Assembly: GCF_009914755.1 (NCBI RefSeq)
Contig: NC_060941.1
Length of the DNA: 64,000 nt
Direction: 5' to 3' (one strand)
Source of the DNA: the human T2T-CHM13v2.0 reference genome, Homo sapiens
Below, piece by piece: positions 13,342-26,568 of the stretch. Position numbers and translations under genes: made by a program. The stretch's first letter is position 1, and each line of letters opens with the position of its first letter. The notes beneath the pieces are model-generated. The model did no database searches and was not told the origin of the DNA. It worked only from the letters and a program-made list of their open reading frames with translations.

Positions 13342-16300
13342 CCTTTCTGTACCTGTCCAAAGGAGCATCCTACCCAGCTGTCTCCCACTGCCCTAGGCAA
13401 GGAGAGCCGGGCAGGACAGCAGAGATGCCTCCTGCCCAGGAATCTTCTCAGGGGGCTGCCACAGGAGGAGCCCTGGCTTCAGGATGGGCAACAGGAGACC
13501 AGGGTTTGAGGCCCAGTGACTCAGTGCGTGAGCTTAGACAAGTCCCCACACTCCTCTGGGCCTCTGCTTTCCATCTGTAAAAGGACGGGGTGGGAGAGGA
13601 TTCATCTTCTCCACAATCTATTTCTGGAACGTCTGCTCTGTGTCAAGGGTCAGGTGTGTTTTATGGAATTAAACTGTCCCTCCCTTAGAGGGTTTCCAGT
13701 CCAGAACCTCTGAAGGTCCTCTAGCACCAGAGCTCAAGGGACTGTGATTATTTGAAAATCAAGCTGGACAGAGGCACCACTGAGCAGATGGAGCTGTGGA
13801 GCCAAGCAAGGAATCAGAGTATCTTCCATCACACAAAAAGTAAAGGCCAGAAGAGGGTGCCACTTTCCCAGTGAGGTTTAGGGGGGCTTCAACTCCCGGC
13901 TCTCTCCGGCCCCACTGCCCACCATGCCCTCACCTTTACTGCCAAATGGGCTGGGCTGGTTGTCTGCAGAGGAGGCCTGTGAAATATAAAAGTGATCCCA
14001 CGGTGGGGGAGTGGCTTATCAGCCTCTACCAGGCAAGGCAAGGTGGTGAGAAGGTGGCATCCTGGCCTGGGAGGGTTTATATCTGGCCTGTACCACCCAC
14101 TGCCCCAGGACCTTAACCAAGTTCCCTGCTGGCTCTTGCTCAGTCTTCTCCATGGGTAAGACAGATAATGAGAGCACTGTCAGGAGGGTTTGTGGTTGTT
14201 GCAGAAAAAGGAAAGTTTACAGATGAGAAGCCCAAGGCTCAGAGAGGTTGAGCCACTGCCCACAGCTACCCACTTAATAAGTGGCAGTGCTGAGATTTGA
14301 ACCCAGGCCTCTTGGAAGTCAAGCCTGTAGGCTCCTTCTGTTCAGTGTAGCTCAAGAAAAAGGCGGAGTTGATTAGAGGCCTTAGGTGTGTCCTGGAACT
14401 CAAGGATGGGCCTCACAGTCTGATTTCATGAGAACCCGGAATCTGGAGTTAAAGAGAGGCAGGACCCACAGCTCTTGCAGCCTCTCTAACACCAGGGCCA
14501 GCAGACCTAGTTTCCTCTGCAGGCCTCAGGCCATAAGAGCCCCAGGCAGCCTGATGGACCTTAAAAATAGACGAGCACTTCCTAAAAGGAAGCGTCTGAT
14601 GGGGCTGGCTACGTTGGGTGTTCACCTTTGGCCAAGCAGCTGGAACCAGGTGATGTGCCTACAAGGACCACTCCTAGGGTAGAGGGGTCAGTTCTTGGAG
14701 AAAGAGCAGGGACTGTGGGGAGCAAACAGGCCAGTGGGCAAGTGGGACAGATGGCCTATGAGTTGGCTGAGTAATTTTCTAAAGCACTGTCTTCAGTCCT
14801 GCACGCCAGCAACTGGAAAGAGGCTGATGTGTTAGGACATTTCCGAAAGATGGTGGCCAATAATAACTCCCACCACTTTGGAAGCATCTAGCTTGTACTT
14901 GACATGTATTGCACTATTTAATGGAATCCCCTGCCATAATCTTGGTTGAGGGTATTATGATTCCCATTTTACAGATGAGGAAACTGAGGTTCAGTAGCTT
15001 GCCTACAATCCCATGGTTGATAAGCGGCAAAGCCAGGATTTGAACCTAGGCCCTTCTGATGCTAATGGGGGCAAGCTTTCACTGTGCCACTCTGAAGTCC
15101 AGCACCTAAAGAAGTAAAGGCACCAAACAAAGGAGGGGAAAAGCTTGGAAGGCAAAGTGGGACAGGACATTTCAAGAGCTACAGTTTGGACGGAAGTTGC
15201 TCATGCTTCAGTGACCCTTGTTGCTTTTGGTTTTTATTTTCTGGTTATTGAAGTAATTTCTGTTTCTGGCAGAATGTTTGGGAAATGAGACCTATCTCCG
15301 TAATCCCGGAGAGTAAATCTGAATTTGTAGAAAATGACCTTACCAGGAGGTAGATGTGGTGCAGTCTTGGGCAAACTTCTGCTCACATAGGGTTGGCTGA
15401 TGGGGAGTTTCCCATCTTCCCCTGTGTTTAAACCCAGGCTACCTGAATCACATTGGAGCAAGGATGCTGCAGGGGGGTGGTCCTGTTCCAGGAGTTGGGA
15501 CTTCCATGAGCCGTTCGTGGGTGGAGACAGCCTGCTCCCAACTCAAAGGCAGCTGGCATAGTAGTGAAGGTCAGGTAGAGGGTGCTGCTCCTATCTGGAA
15601 AGAAGCCAGCTGTCAGCCTGGTCCTGGGTGGGGGGAGGCAGGAACCACTGGAATAAGCCAGTGTTGCAATTGCTCTCACACTGGGTGCTCTCGAGCAAAA
15701 GAGTACAAGCTGCTCCTGGAATTTGTCTCTGTGCAGTTTGGCATGGGGGACGCAGCTGGGAAGAAAGAGGCCCTTGACTCGGGGGGAGAGAGCCTGGGCT
15801 GGGGGGGTTGTCCATACTCTCTGGGGTCTGGAGTGATGAACCAGACAGCAGATCTGTGCTGTCCCTTCCAGAGCCAGATGCTTGCAAGAGCATGGGTCAC
15901 CGGTGTTCTCTGATAGGAGGTAGCAGGATGATAGAGTAATGCTAGGAGCTAATACTCGTTGGGTGCTTATCACTGTCAAAGTCTTTATAAGCATCCTGTT
16001 GTCTAATCCTTATGAGGTACACCTTATCATCATGTGTGTTTTCAGATCAGGCATCCAGCTCTGCTGTAAGCATTAGCTTGGGAATTCAAACCTGTGCTAT
16101 TAATCACTAGTCCTGGGCCCCTGACATATGCACTGTGCAGTGGACAAAGGGAATGTGGGATTTGGAGCTCAACTGTTCCATGTGGCCTTAGGTAAGTCAT
16201 TTTACCTCTTTGAGCCTCAGCTTCCTCAATTCTAAAATGAGAAGGAGAGCAGCTACTATATAAGGTTGACATGATGATAAAATTATAAAGGAGAAGACAG

Positions 16301-16800
16301 ATGTCATACAAGAGGTCCTCGATATACTGATAGCCACTCACTTTGTCTTCCTGGTGCTGCAGACACAGAGTTCATCATATCCTCTCCATATTGTCTGAAT
16401 GAGGCTCAGCTGAAGTTTGTGGCTGGGAAGAGCAAAGTTAACAGGTCCTTATAGACCACAGTATCAGTGGTCTCGGCCCCACAGCCATTGTGTGCAAGGG
16501 AATGGCTATGATGATGACAAGTTCCTACTTTGGATTTCCCATACTGAGTGCTCTACTGAATGTCTACGAGGTCACTATCATGAAACACATTTTATAGGTG
16601 AAGAAACTGAGGCACAGAGAGGTTAAGTAACTCATCCAAAGTCACCAAGCTCATAGGTCCAGGATTTGAACCTCAGGAGCCCCATGTTCTTTCTGAACCC
16701 TTGGAATTTGTGAAAGGCGAATGTAACCAAAATGTCTAGCATAGGGTCTGACTCTTCCAAAATTCTCTTCTCTTCATTTAAAACAAAAACTATTCCCCTA

Positions 16801-17294
16801 AAGACACATGCACATGTATGTTTATTGCAGCACTATTTACAATAGCAAAGACTTGGAACCAACCCAAATGCCTATCAATGATAGACTGGATAAAGAAAAT
16901 GTGGCACATATACACCATGGAATATTATGCAGCCATAAAAAGAATGAGTTCATGTCCTTTGCGGGGACATGGATGAAGCTGGAAAACATCATTCTCAGCA
17001 AACTAACACGGGAACAGAAAACCAAACACCGCATGTTCTCACTCATAAGCGGGAGTTGAACAATGAGAACACATGGACGTAGGGAGGGGAATATCACACA
17101 CAGGGACCTGTTAGGGGGGTGGTGGGCAAAGGGAAGGACAATGTTGGGACAACTACCTAATGCATATGGGGCTTAAACCTAGATGATGGGTTGATAGGTG
17201 TAGCAAACCACCATGGCACACGTATACCTATGTAACAAACCTGCACATTCTGCACATGTGTCCCAGAACTTAAAGTAAAATTTAAAAAAAAAAA
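16801..17294 (+). mobile_element. L1PA 3' end (5'-truncated)
   Basis: aagacacatgcaca...tgtaacaaacctgcac...poly-A; TSD-like aaaacaaaaactattcc/aaaacaagaaactatcc. Confidence 0.92.
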
Positions 17295-18044
17295 ACAAGA
17301 AACTATCCTATATACAGGAACCAGGTGACGGAATGGACTAGCTCAAAGATCAGCTTCTCCTGGAAGCTTTGCCAGATGTTCCCCAATTAGGGGTCCTTGT
17401 CTGTGCTCCCGTGGCATCCCCAGCACACCTCCATCAGCCAACTTGCCCCCTGCACTGCCAACATCGGTGCCTTCCCAGCTACCCCACTAGACCAGGGGAT
17501 CACCAAAGGGATATTACTACCTGCTTGTTGAATAGCATTCATGCCATGGTCACTGAAATCAATGCCCAGTGTCTCCTTTGCCCTTTGGAGATCTGCCTTG
17601 GCCCAAGAAGATTATGTCCCCCAGTGCTAATCACAGACCTCCATGGAGGTCAGTTATTAAGACCTTCAAGGCAAGTACCATCCCTGGGGTCTTGTCTCCA
17701 TCCACTCTGGGAGGCAGGGAGCCACCTGACCCACAATGTGCAGTTGTAAGACCTTAAGGACCTGACCTCCTGCCTCTTGGGGCTCCAAGACCAGGTGATG
17801 TGTGAAAGGGCGTGGCCAACAGAGGCATGTTCTCTAACATGAGGGGTAGCTGAGAGAGGCTGGTGTTTACTGAGCCGTTACTTCATGGCCCACTCTGTGC
17901 CAAGCACTTCACTTCCAGTCTCCTTTAATATCCTCCCCCAGCAACCTCCCTGACCCTCATAATTGCTTATATGCATACACTTTGGGTATGCGTTTTTTAA
18001 ATCGTGGTGAATCATATTCTTTGATATAAATAGATGCAGTCTTT

Positions 18045-18752
18045 AGGGGTTTTTATTGTGGCACAATACATATAACATAAAATCTACCATGTTAACCATT
18101 TTAAAGTGTGTGATTCAGTGGCATTTGATACATTCAAATGTTGTGCAACTTTCAGCATTCTCTAGTTTCAGAATATTTTCATCACCCGTGAAGCAGTCAC
18201 TTCCATTCCCTCTTTTCCCAAGGCCCTGGCAACCTCTAATCTGCTTTCTGTCCCTCTAGATTTGCCTTTTATGGACACATCACATAAATGGAATTATAAT
18301 CATACAACAAGTGGCCCCTGTGTCTGGCTTCTTTCACTTCACATAATGTTTTCAAGGTTCATTCATGTTGCAGCATGCGTCCGTGCTTCCTTCCATTTTA
18401 TGGCTGGATAATATTCCATTTTGTGGATGTACCACAGTGTGTCCATTCATGAAATGGAATATTATCTCGCCATAAAATGCATGCTACCACACGAATGGAA
18501 ATTTGGGTTATTTCCGTCTTTGGACTTATGAATAATGCTGTGATGAACATTCATGTACAAGTATTTGTCTGAACACCTGCTTTCAATTCTCTTGGGTATA
18601 TCCCTAGGAGTGGGGTTACTGGATCATCCGGTAACTCTGTGTGCAACATACTGAGGCGCCACCAAACTCCTTTCCACAGTGGCTGCATCACTTTACGCTC
18701 CCACCTGCAAAGTATGAGGGTTCCAATTTCTCCACATCCTCGCCAAAACTTA
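18045..18752 (-). mobile_element. L1MB 3' end
   Basis: ttaaccattttaaagtg...gtttcttcacttcacataatg...ttctccacatcctcgccaa-type reverse L1MB sequence. Confidence 0.85.
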
Positions 18753-19116
18753 CAATTTTCCTGAAAACCTTTCGAAGTGTGGTTACCCATGTTTTACAGA
18801 TACACACGTGGAGGCACTGAGCAGTGAAGCAAACTTGTCAAAAGCTACACACCTGCTTGGTGGCAGAGCCAGAGTTTGTGCTCAGGGACTGTGCACACTT
18901 AGCTACCAACCTGTTCACTTCATGGCTCTTGTGAGGCTGAGAAGTCAGAGGCTTGAGGCTTGAAGGAGCTCCATTCTGTTCTTGGCTCCTGTCTGTGTAC
19001 CTGGCACCCTCTGTCTCCCAGAGTGTCCCTTGGACTTCTGTACCTGGACACAACTTGCCCTCTAGAGGCCCCACTCATGGGCAGTAAGTGTTGGTGTGCC
19101 AGAAAGCAACAGCTTC

Positions 19117-19477
19117 TGTATTAGTCCCTTTTCATACTGCTGTGAAGAAATACCTGAGGCTGGATAATTTATAAAGAAAAAGAGATTTAATGGACTCAGA
19201 GTTCCACATAGCTGGGGAGCCCTCACAATCATGGTAGAAGGCGAAGGAGGAGCAAAAGCACATCTTACATGGCAGCAGGCAAGAGAGTGTGTGCAGGGGA
19301 ACTGCCCTTTATAAAACCATCAGATCTCGTGAGACTTACTATCACGAGAACGGCACGGGGAAAAACCCACCCCCATGACTCAACTACCTCCCCCTGGGTC
19401 CCTCCCATGACACATAGGGATTATGGGAGCTACAATTCAAGACGAGATTTGGGTGGGGACACAGCCAAACCATATCA
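19117..19477 (-). mobile_element. THE1C/D solo LTR
   Basis: tgtattagtcc...ccaaaccatatca; TSD gcttc/ccttc. Confidence 0.92.
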
Positions 19478-19707
19478 CCTTCCCCCTAGGGTGATATATC
19501 CAGACACCCCTCACCCACCTTCCCCCAGTCATGGCCCTAGGAGACAGGAGACTTCCTATGTAAATCTCACTTGGTCTCAAAATAGGTATCTCTTCCCAGG
19601 TGGGTGGCCCTCCCTTGCACCTCTTCATTGCAGAGGTGAAGATGACTGGGCCAACCTCACCTTGCTCTGCAGAAGGAGCATACCAGGTGCTCTGAGGCCA
19701 GCAGATG

Positions 19708-19728
19708 CACAGCACCAAGGCCAGCTCC
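19708..19728 (+). promoter_or_regulatory. RE1/NRSE-like REST site
   Basis: cacagcaccaaggccagctcc versus TTCAGCACCNNGGACAGCNCC with canonical 2-nt spacer. Confidence 0.4.
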
Positions 19729-20620
19729 CTCCTTCCAGGGCACAAGGCATGTCTCTGATGGAGCCCAGACTCTTGGCCGGGGTAGGCTGTGAGTGATGGG
19801 GTCAGGTGGGCCCCCACTGGCTTCCCAAAAAGAGTGTTGTTTCCTGGAGAAGGGTGGGATTTGCTCTGTGCATGGAAAATGTCTTTCTCACCCTTCATGT
19901 CGGGACAACCTCGTTGCTCCCACCCACCTTCAACTCCAGCTCCACCTGAGACTGCCGGTAGCAGGGGTCTTGATCTTTTTTCTGAATCTGAACCTGACAG
20001 CCCAGCCCTCCGTGACTGGTTGCTGCCCACTCTGAATCCTTCCTGAGGGACGTTGCTCCATTTCTGGGTATCCCTGTATTCTCCCCTCATTCCAATCCCA
20101 CAGGAAACTTCCAGAAGTTCCAAATACCAAGGAAGCATTCCCAGGTGAGAAGATGGAGGGCTCCATAGGTGACTGAAGTTTCAGGGACAGCACACCGTTG
20201 AATGTCACCCCATCAGATGGGGGCTGCAGGGCCAAGGCCAGAACCCGGCTTAATCAGCAGTGGGGACAGTCCCAGGTATGGGCTGGGCCCTGCACACGGT
20301 CACCTCATATTCCCTACCACATCCCTGAAACAACACTGGGACTATCCTCACTGAGGACAAACCTCTACAGATTCAGACTAAAGTGTTACTGGCTGATGGG
20401 ACCATTTGCACCACTTGGATTTCTGCTCAGTTTTGAAGGCGTTTGAGTCCGAGTTGGGTAGGAGAATTTTACCTTGGCAGGGGAGACGAATTTGAGGTCC
20501 TGGTAGTGGCCCTGCTCCCCTCCTTGGACCTTCTCCCCCAGCCCCTACCCCAGCTGGTGACCCAAGTTCAGACCCTGCTGAGCAGACCCCAGCGCTGGAT
20601 GCAAGGAGAAGCCAGGACGT

Positions 20621-21627
20621 CTGACCTTGACCTTGGGATTAACAGTGTTTTACCCAGTGCTTTCCTATGGGGCTGTGACCTCCTTGGCTCCTTCGAGTAA
20701 GCCTAGGAAGATGGCATTATGGGTGACACAGACGCTGAGAGGGGTGTCCTCCCCAGGAAGGCCAGGGCAGGACCTGAACTTTGTGCTTTCTGGAGTGCAA
20801 TCAGATGAATAGGCTGCCGCCGTGTGCATTGATTGAGTGCTTGTTGTCAGCCCTAGAGCCGGGAGGCCATGGCTGCCCATTAAGGGAGTACCGCGGGGTT
20901 CACCCAGCTTCAAGATCAATTCATGTCAAAACTGCAGCCAACATTTTCCCCATCTGCCTCTGCGGAGGGAAATAAACCAGGGGAGGCAGAATACAGAGAC
21001 ATCATTCCCGGTGATCAATTTCCTCCACCCCTTCTTCCCTCCGGATGGGAACGGCCGTCTCCATCCTGATGGATGCATTGTTGTGGGGAGGGTGAGGAAC
21101 ACTCATCCTCTGAGGCACCCGGGGTTGGGGGCAGGGGTGGGGGGAGCCGCACTGGGACGGGAGGGGCAGAGGAGGAGGAGGCCAGCAGGCCCGATGGAGC
21201 CAGCCCAGGAAGGCAGGGCAGGAACGCAGAAGGCAGCAGTGTTCCCACCCCGGGAGGGCAGATCCAGCAGTGGGGTGGTGGCCAGGAGCCCCTCACTCAG
21301 GGTGCCCAACCCTGAACCTTGGGATTACACTTCCTGGCTGAGTGGCCTTGGGCTGTGTTCTGGGATCTGCCTGGGGAATGCACCCTACCTCTGCAGGCTG
21401 AATGGCTGAACACAGGTGGGGGACCACATCCCAGAAGGCACAAAGTTCAGGTCCTGCCCTAGCCTCCCTGGGCAGGACACCCCTCTCAGCCTTCGTGTTC
21501 TCACAGGTGAGACGGATCACGCCACCCACAATGTCATCTTCCTAGGCTTGATGGAAGGAGCCACGGAGGTCACAACCCCATAGGAAAGCATTGGGTAAAA
21601 CACTGTGAATCCCAGGGTCAAGGTCAG
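20621..21627. repeat. Non-Alu inverted repeat (arms 20621-20793 and 21431-21627)
   Basis: Hand alignment: 96/107 plus 56/60 identical, one net 24-nt indel, 637-nt spacer. Confidence 0.95.
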
Positions 21628-23706
21628 GCAATGGAGGCGCACACACCTCTGTGACGTATCCTTTCTCCCTCTTGCCTGATGATTCTGCCGTTGCCTTTCC
21701 AAGCTCCTGGGTGTGTGATCTTTTTGCGGTCAAGTGGTGAAAAGATACAGTTTAGATCACTGTGAAGGTCTAGAAATTAAATAATTAAGGAAGAAGAATT
21801 AAAATCCCCTGGTGCTTCAGGAGGTGGGTCCCGGTACAACTGCCAGTCAATCCAGCCTGGAGCCAAGTTCAGCAGATCACCAAGGGGTCAGGAGAGGTGA
21901 GAAAGCCCCTGCAGCCAGGCTGCCCCTTGGCTCTCAAAAGCAGGCTGCAAGTGTACTCCACCCCAGCCTGTCTTCCTGCCCTGCATTCTGCAACCCTTCT
22001 GTGTCTTCCCTTGAAAGACTTCTCCCCATCCCTGCTCTTTTGGCCTCAGACTGAAATGGACTGGGGGAGGGGGTCTGAGACCCCATTAATGGCCTGTTGA
22101 GCTCCCTGTGACTTGGGCATTTGCAGACAGAGGTCAGTTGTCCATTAAACGATGGAACTGAGCACTCCACTTAGCAGTGTATATGGGACACAGTTAAATA
22201 ATGAAACAAAAATAGAACATTGCAAAAGCCTGGGGCAGGCTGGCTTGTGCCCCAGGAAGAAGCAGAGAAAGCCATCCCAGGGAGAGGGGAGGAAATTCAC
22301 TGTTGGCCTCCCTCTTCCATGAAATGCTCTGGTTTAAAGTATATTTTTTTTTTACATATAGGTTATCTTTTATTGATTTTTAAAATTAAAGTTCACATAT
22401 ATATATACATACACAAATACATATACACACACACACACACACACAATGCAGTTGGAAAAATAATTTGTGCTCATTGCAGCACACTGGGAAATGCAGAAGA
22501 ATAGAAAGAGGCAGGTTTTCCTCCTCTCCTCCATCCATAATGTGGGGTTGGGGGTGTTAGAGCTTTCCAATACCACCCCTAGGAAAGGGAGGGGGATGAA
22601 AAATATGTACTGAATTTGAGAGTTCTAGTTTTGGCAACAGAGTACCAACTGTCAGCACTTCAGAAGGTTTTAAAATACATCATTGACTTATAAGAGAGAA
22701 GGAAATCCCCAGGGAACTGAAACTCAAAGCCTTGAGCATGTGAACTAATACTAAGGAGAACCAGGGGGTACTGGATCCAGATATGTGCCATCATAGCTCA
22801 AGTCTGGAATTTTAATGCCCACCCATGGACTGTAAAACGTGGTCTTGGGCCCCCGCAAGGCCAGAAGTTCGCACTGAGACTCCCCCTCCATGAAGGGGAG
22901 GCTAAAATTTGCCAACTACCAGCCCAAAAAATTGCCAGGACATTTAGATCTGCCCAGATTCTCTAGGAAGGTGGAGGAGGGTCTCCTCCAAAAAAAACAA
23001 AGACCGAAGAATGAGCTGCCCACAGGTACAGAATCTAAGTTTCTAACGCCCCCCAGGGGGAGAAATCCTGAGCTAAGAATTTAATGTAAAATCAGATCCT
23101 GGATTGATGGAACTTCTAGCTCACCCAGCTGAATCAAATCCAAAACCACTTTCCAGAGACTCTTCCAGGACCCAGAGTACATAGGATTCCCATGGGGATG
23201 GTTGAGGGGAAGCCTTGCTGAAGATGAGCTCACAATAAAAATTACAGACCACATGAGAGCATGGTTTAACCTTGAGGCAACTTAGTACAGACAGCAAATG
23301 GGGAAATTAGCATTTCAAAAACATGGTTGTAGAACAGTGTGGAAAAGTCTATAAAATAAATCCAATGTGTTTAAAACAACAAGGAGGAGTAGAAACCATA
23401 TTAAAATAACAGAGCAGATTTCTAATCAGCAACAATGAAATAAAGATGAACAACAAAATCTAGAGCTTGTTGTTTGTAAGAGCTGAATAAAATTGCCCAA
23501 ACTGAGGAAATACCGGAAAGGGAAAAAGAGAGAGAAAACACAAACAATATTGGGAACGAGAAAAAGACCAAAATGATATGTGGGATAATCATTATTTAAC
23601 ACCTAAGAGAATATCATGAAAGAGTTTATGCAAATATGGGTGACTTTCTGGGAAGTCACTCAAAAAGAAATAGAAAACCTAAATAGATTGTAGCCATTAA
23701 CACAAT

Positions 23707-24262
23707 TGATAATGGTTAATCTTAGGTCTTGATCCAAGTGGATTCAGGGATACTTGGATAGCTGATAAAGCATTGTTTCCAGGTGTGCCATGAGGGCGTT
23801 TTGGCAGGAGATTGGCATGTGAGTTGGATCGAGTAGGAAAGATCCACTCTCAGTGTGGATGGGCACCATCTAATCGGCTGGGGCCTGGATAGAACAAAAA
23901 GGCAGGGGACAGGCAAATTTGCTTTCTTTCCCCTGGAGGTGGGACACCACCTTTCTTCTGCCCTTGGACATCAGAACTTCAGGCTTTCTGGTCTTCGGAC
24001 TCTGAGACTTGCACCAGCAGCCTCCCAGGTTCTCAGGCCTTTGACCTCAGAATGAGAGTAGCGCTGTAGGTCTTCCCTGGTTCTGAGGCTTTCAGAGTTG
24101 GGCTGAGCCACAGTGCTGTTATACCTGAGTCCACAGCTTGCAGGCGGCCTGTTGTGGGAATTCTTAGTCTCCATAATCATGTGAGCCAATTCCGGCAGCA
24201 AATCCCCTCTCATATATGTATATATCACCTCCCATTTCTCTCTCTCTGGAGAACCCTAATAG
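23707..24262 (+). mobile_element. MLT2 (ERVL) LTR within old L1 sequence
   Basis: tgataatggttaat...gtggatgggcaccatctaatc...ctctggagaaccctaat. Confidence 0.85.
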
Positions 24263-24399
24263 AAAATTGAAGCAGAATTAAAATATACCCACAAAAAGAA
24301 ACAGGCCCACATGGTTTTACTTGGCAAGTTTTACCAAACCTTTAAGAAACTGAAAATTGCTGTTTTATGCAAACTTATTTAGAAAGTGAATATCACTTT

Positions 24400-25400
24400 T
24401 AAAAAGGTATAATTAGTATATAATGAAATGTATCACTTCTAGGTATACACTTTGATAAATGTGTAATCATGATAATATAGAACATTTCAATCACCTCCAA
24501 AAAGTATCTTGTGCCTCTTTGCAGCTAATGCCCTGCCCTCTGCTGATCTGCTTTCTCTTCCTATAGTTTTGGCTCTTCTACAAGTTCATATAAAGGAAAT
24601 CATACAATATGTAGTCTTTTCTGTCTGAACTCTTGCCTGCCTGCCTTCTTCCCTTCGCTTCCCTTTTCCCTCCCTCCCTCCCTTCCTTCCTCTCTCTTTC
24701 TCTCTCTTTTTCTCTTTCTCTCTTCTCTCTCTTCTTTCTCTCTTCTCTTTCTCTCTTGTCTTTCTCTCTTCTCCTCCTCTCCTTCTCTCCTCCTTCTCTC
24801 TTCTCCTTCTCTCTTCTCTTTCTCTCTTCTCTTCTCTTCTCTTCTCACCATCTTGCCTAGGCTGGTGTCAAACTCCTGGGCTGAAGCAATCCTCTCACCC
24901 TGGCTTCCCAAAGTGCTGGGATTACAGGTGTGAGCAACCATGCCCAGCTGTGTCTGGACTCTCATTTGGCCTAATGCTTTCAAGATATCACCCATGTAGT
25001 TGTATACATGAGTAGTTTATTCCTTTGTATTGCGGAGTAGTATTCTATATACCACAGTTTGTTTATCTATTCACCAGTTTTGGACACTGGGGTTGTTTCT
25101 AGTTTGGGACTATATGAATCAAGCTGTACTCGGGTGTAAGTCTTTATGCAACCACAAGTTTTCATTTTTCTAGGAGTTCCACCTAGGAGTAGAATTTCTG
25201 GTTGTGTGGCAAGAGCATGTTTGACTTTACAAAAAGCTGCAAAACTGCTTTCCAAAGCAGTTGTACCATTTTGCATTTCTACCAGCAACATATGAGAGCT
25301 GCAGTTTCTCCAAACCTTCTCCAATATTTAGTATGGCCAATCTTTTTAATTTTAGCCATTCTAGTATGTGCGTAATGGTATCTCATTGTGGTTCAACTGA
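24400..25400 (-). mobile_element. Old L1 (L1MB/ME) interrupted by CT-rich repeat (24633-24845) and Alu monomer (24846-24948)
   Basis: L1 3'UTR motifs; pure polypyrimidine tract; ctgggattacaggtgtgag. Confidence 0.8.
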
Positions 25401-25970
25401 AACTTTGATGATGAAACTAAACAGATTAAGAGTATATATGTAAGACAACAAAAGCAAGCTATGTCCCAGTAATGCATGGGTTGTTTAACATTACAAAATC
25501 TATAAATATAATTGAAATAAGCACATTATTTCAATAAATGCAGAAAAACATATGGTAAAAATCAATATAATTATAAAACAAACAAAAACAAAAACAAAAC
25601 CTCTTTGCAAACAGAGAACTTCCTTACCCTGATAAGCTGTATTTTCAACAAATATCATATGTAACGGTAAAATGTTAGAATCATTCTCTTTCAAATTAGA
25701 CAAGAATATCACTATCATCACTTTTATGTCATCGAGTCCCTAAGTGCACCAAGACAAGAAAAAAATGAGGTATCAGAATTAGAATGAAAAACTACAAAAC
25801 TGTCAATATTCACAGGCTATATGCTCATCCTCATAGAAAATCCAAAGGAACATTATGCAGCAAAGTTACTAGATGCAAGACCAACATATGTAAATCAATA
25901 ATAGTACAATACATTTAATTTAAATTTAAATTTAAGAATGTCTGAAAAGTTAGCATTAAAAAAGTGAAAA

Positions 25971-26260
25971 GGCCGGGTGCGGTGGCTCACGCCTGTAATC
26001 TCAGCACTTTGGGAGGCCGAGGCGGGTGGATCACAAGGTCAGGAGATCGAGACCATCCTGGCTAACATGGTGAAACCCCGTCTCTACTAAAAATACAAAA
26101 ATTAGCCGGGCATGGTGGCGGGCACCTGTAGTCCCAGTTACTTGGGAGGCTGAGGCAGGAGAATGGCGTGAACCTGGGAGGCAGAGTGCAGTGAGCCGAG
26201 ATCGCGCCACTGCACTCCAGCCTGGGTGACAGAGCCAGACTCCGACTCAAAAAAAAAAAA
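25971..26260 (+). mobile_element. AluY/Sc
   Basis: ggccgggtgcggtggctcac...poly-A; flanking agtgaaaa duplication. Confidence 0.95.
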
Positions 26261-26271
26261 TAGTGAAAAGA

Positions 26272-26568
<297 letters not shown>

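Noticed and set aside
20837-21409. 190-aa ORF inside the inverted-repeat spacer
   Set aside because: GTG start, low-complexity G/P/R composition, no recognisable domain; expected in GC-rich DNA.
20621-21627. Intact DNA transposon with long TIRs
   Set aside because: No target-site duplication (gccaggacgt vs gcaatggagg), no recognisable terminal motif, no transposase-like ORF.
24600-24995. E/R/K-rich 131-aa ORF
   Set aside because: Translation of a CT-rich simple repeat plus an Alu monomer.
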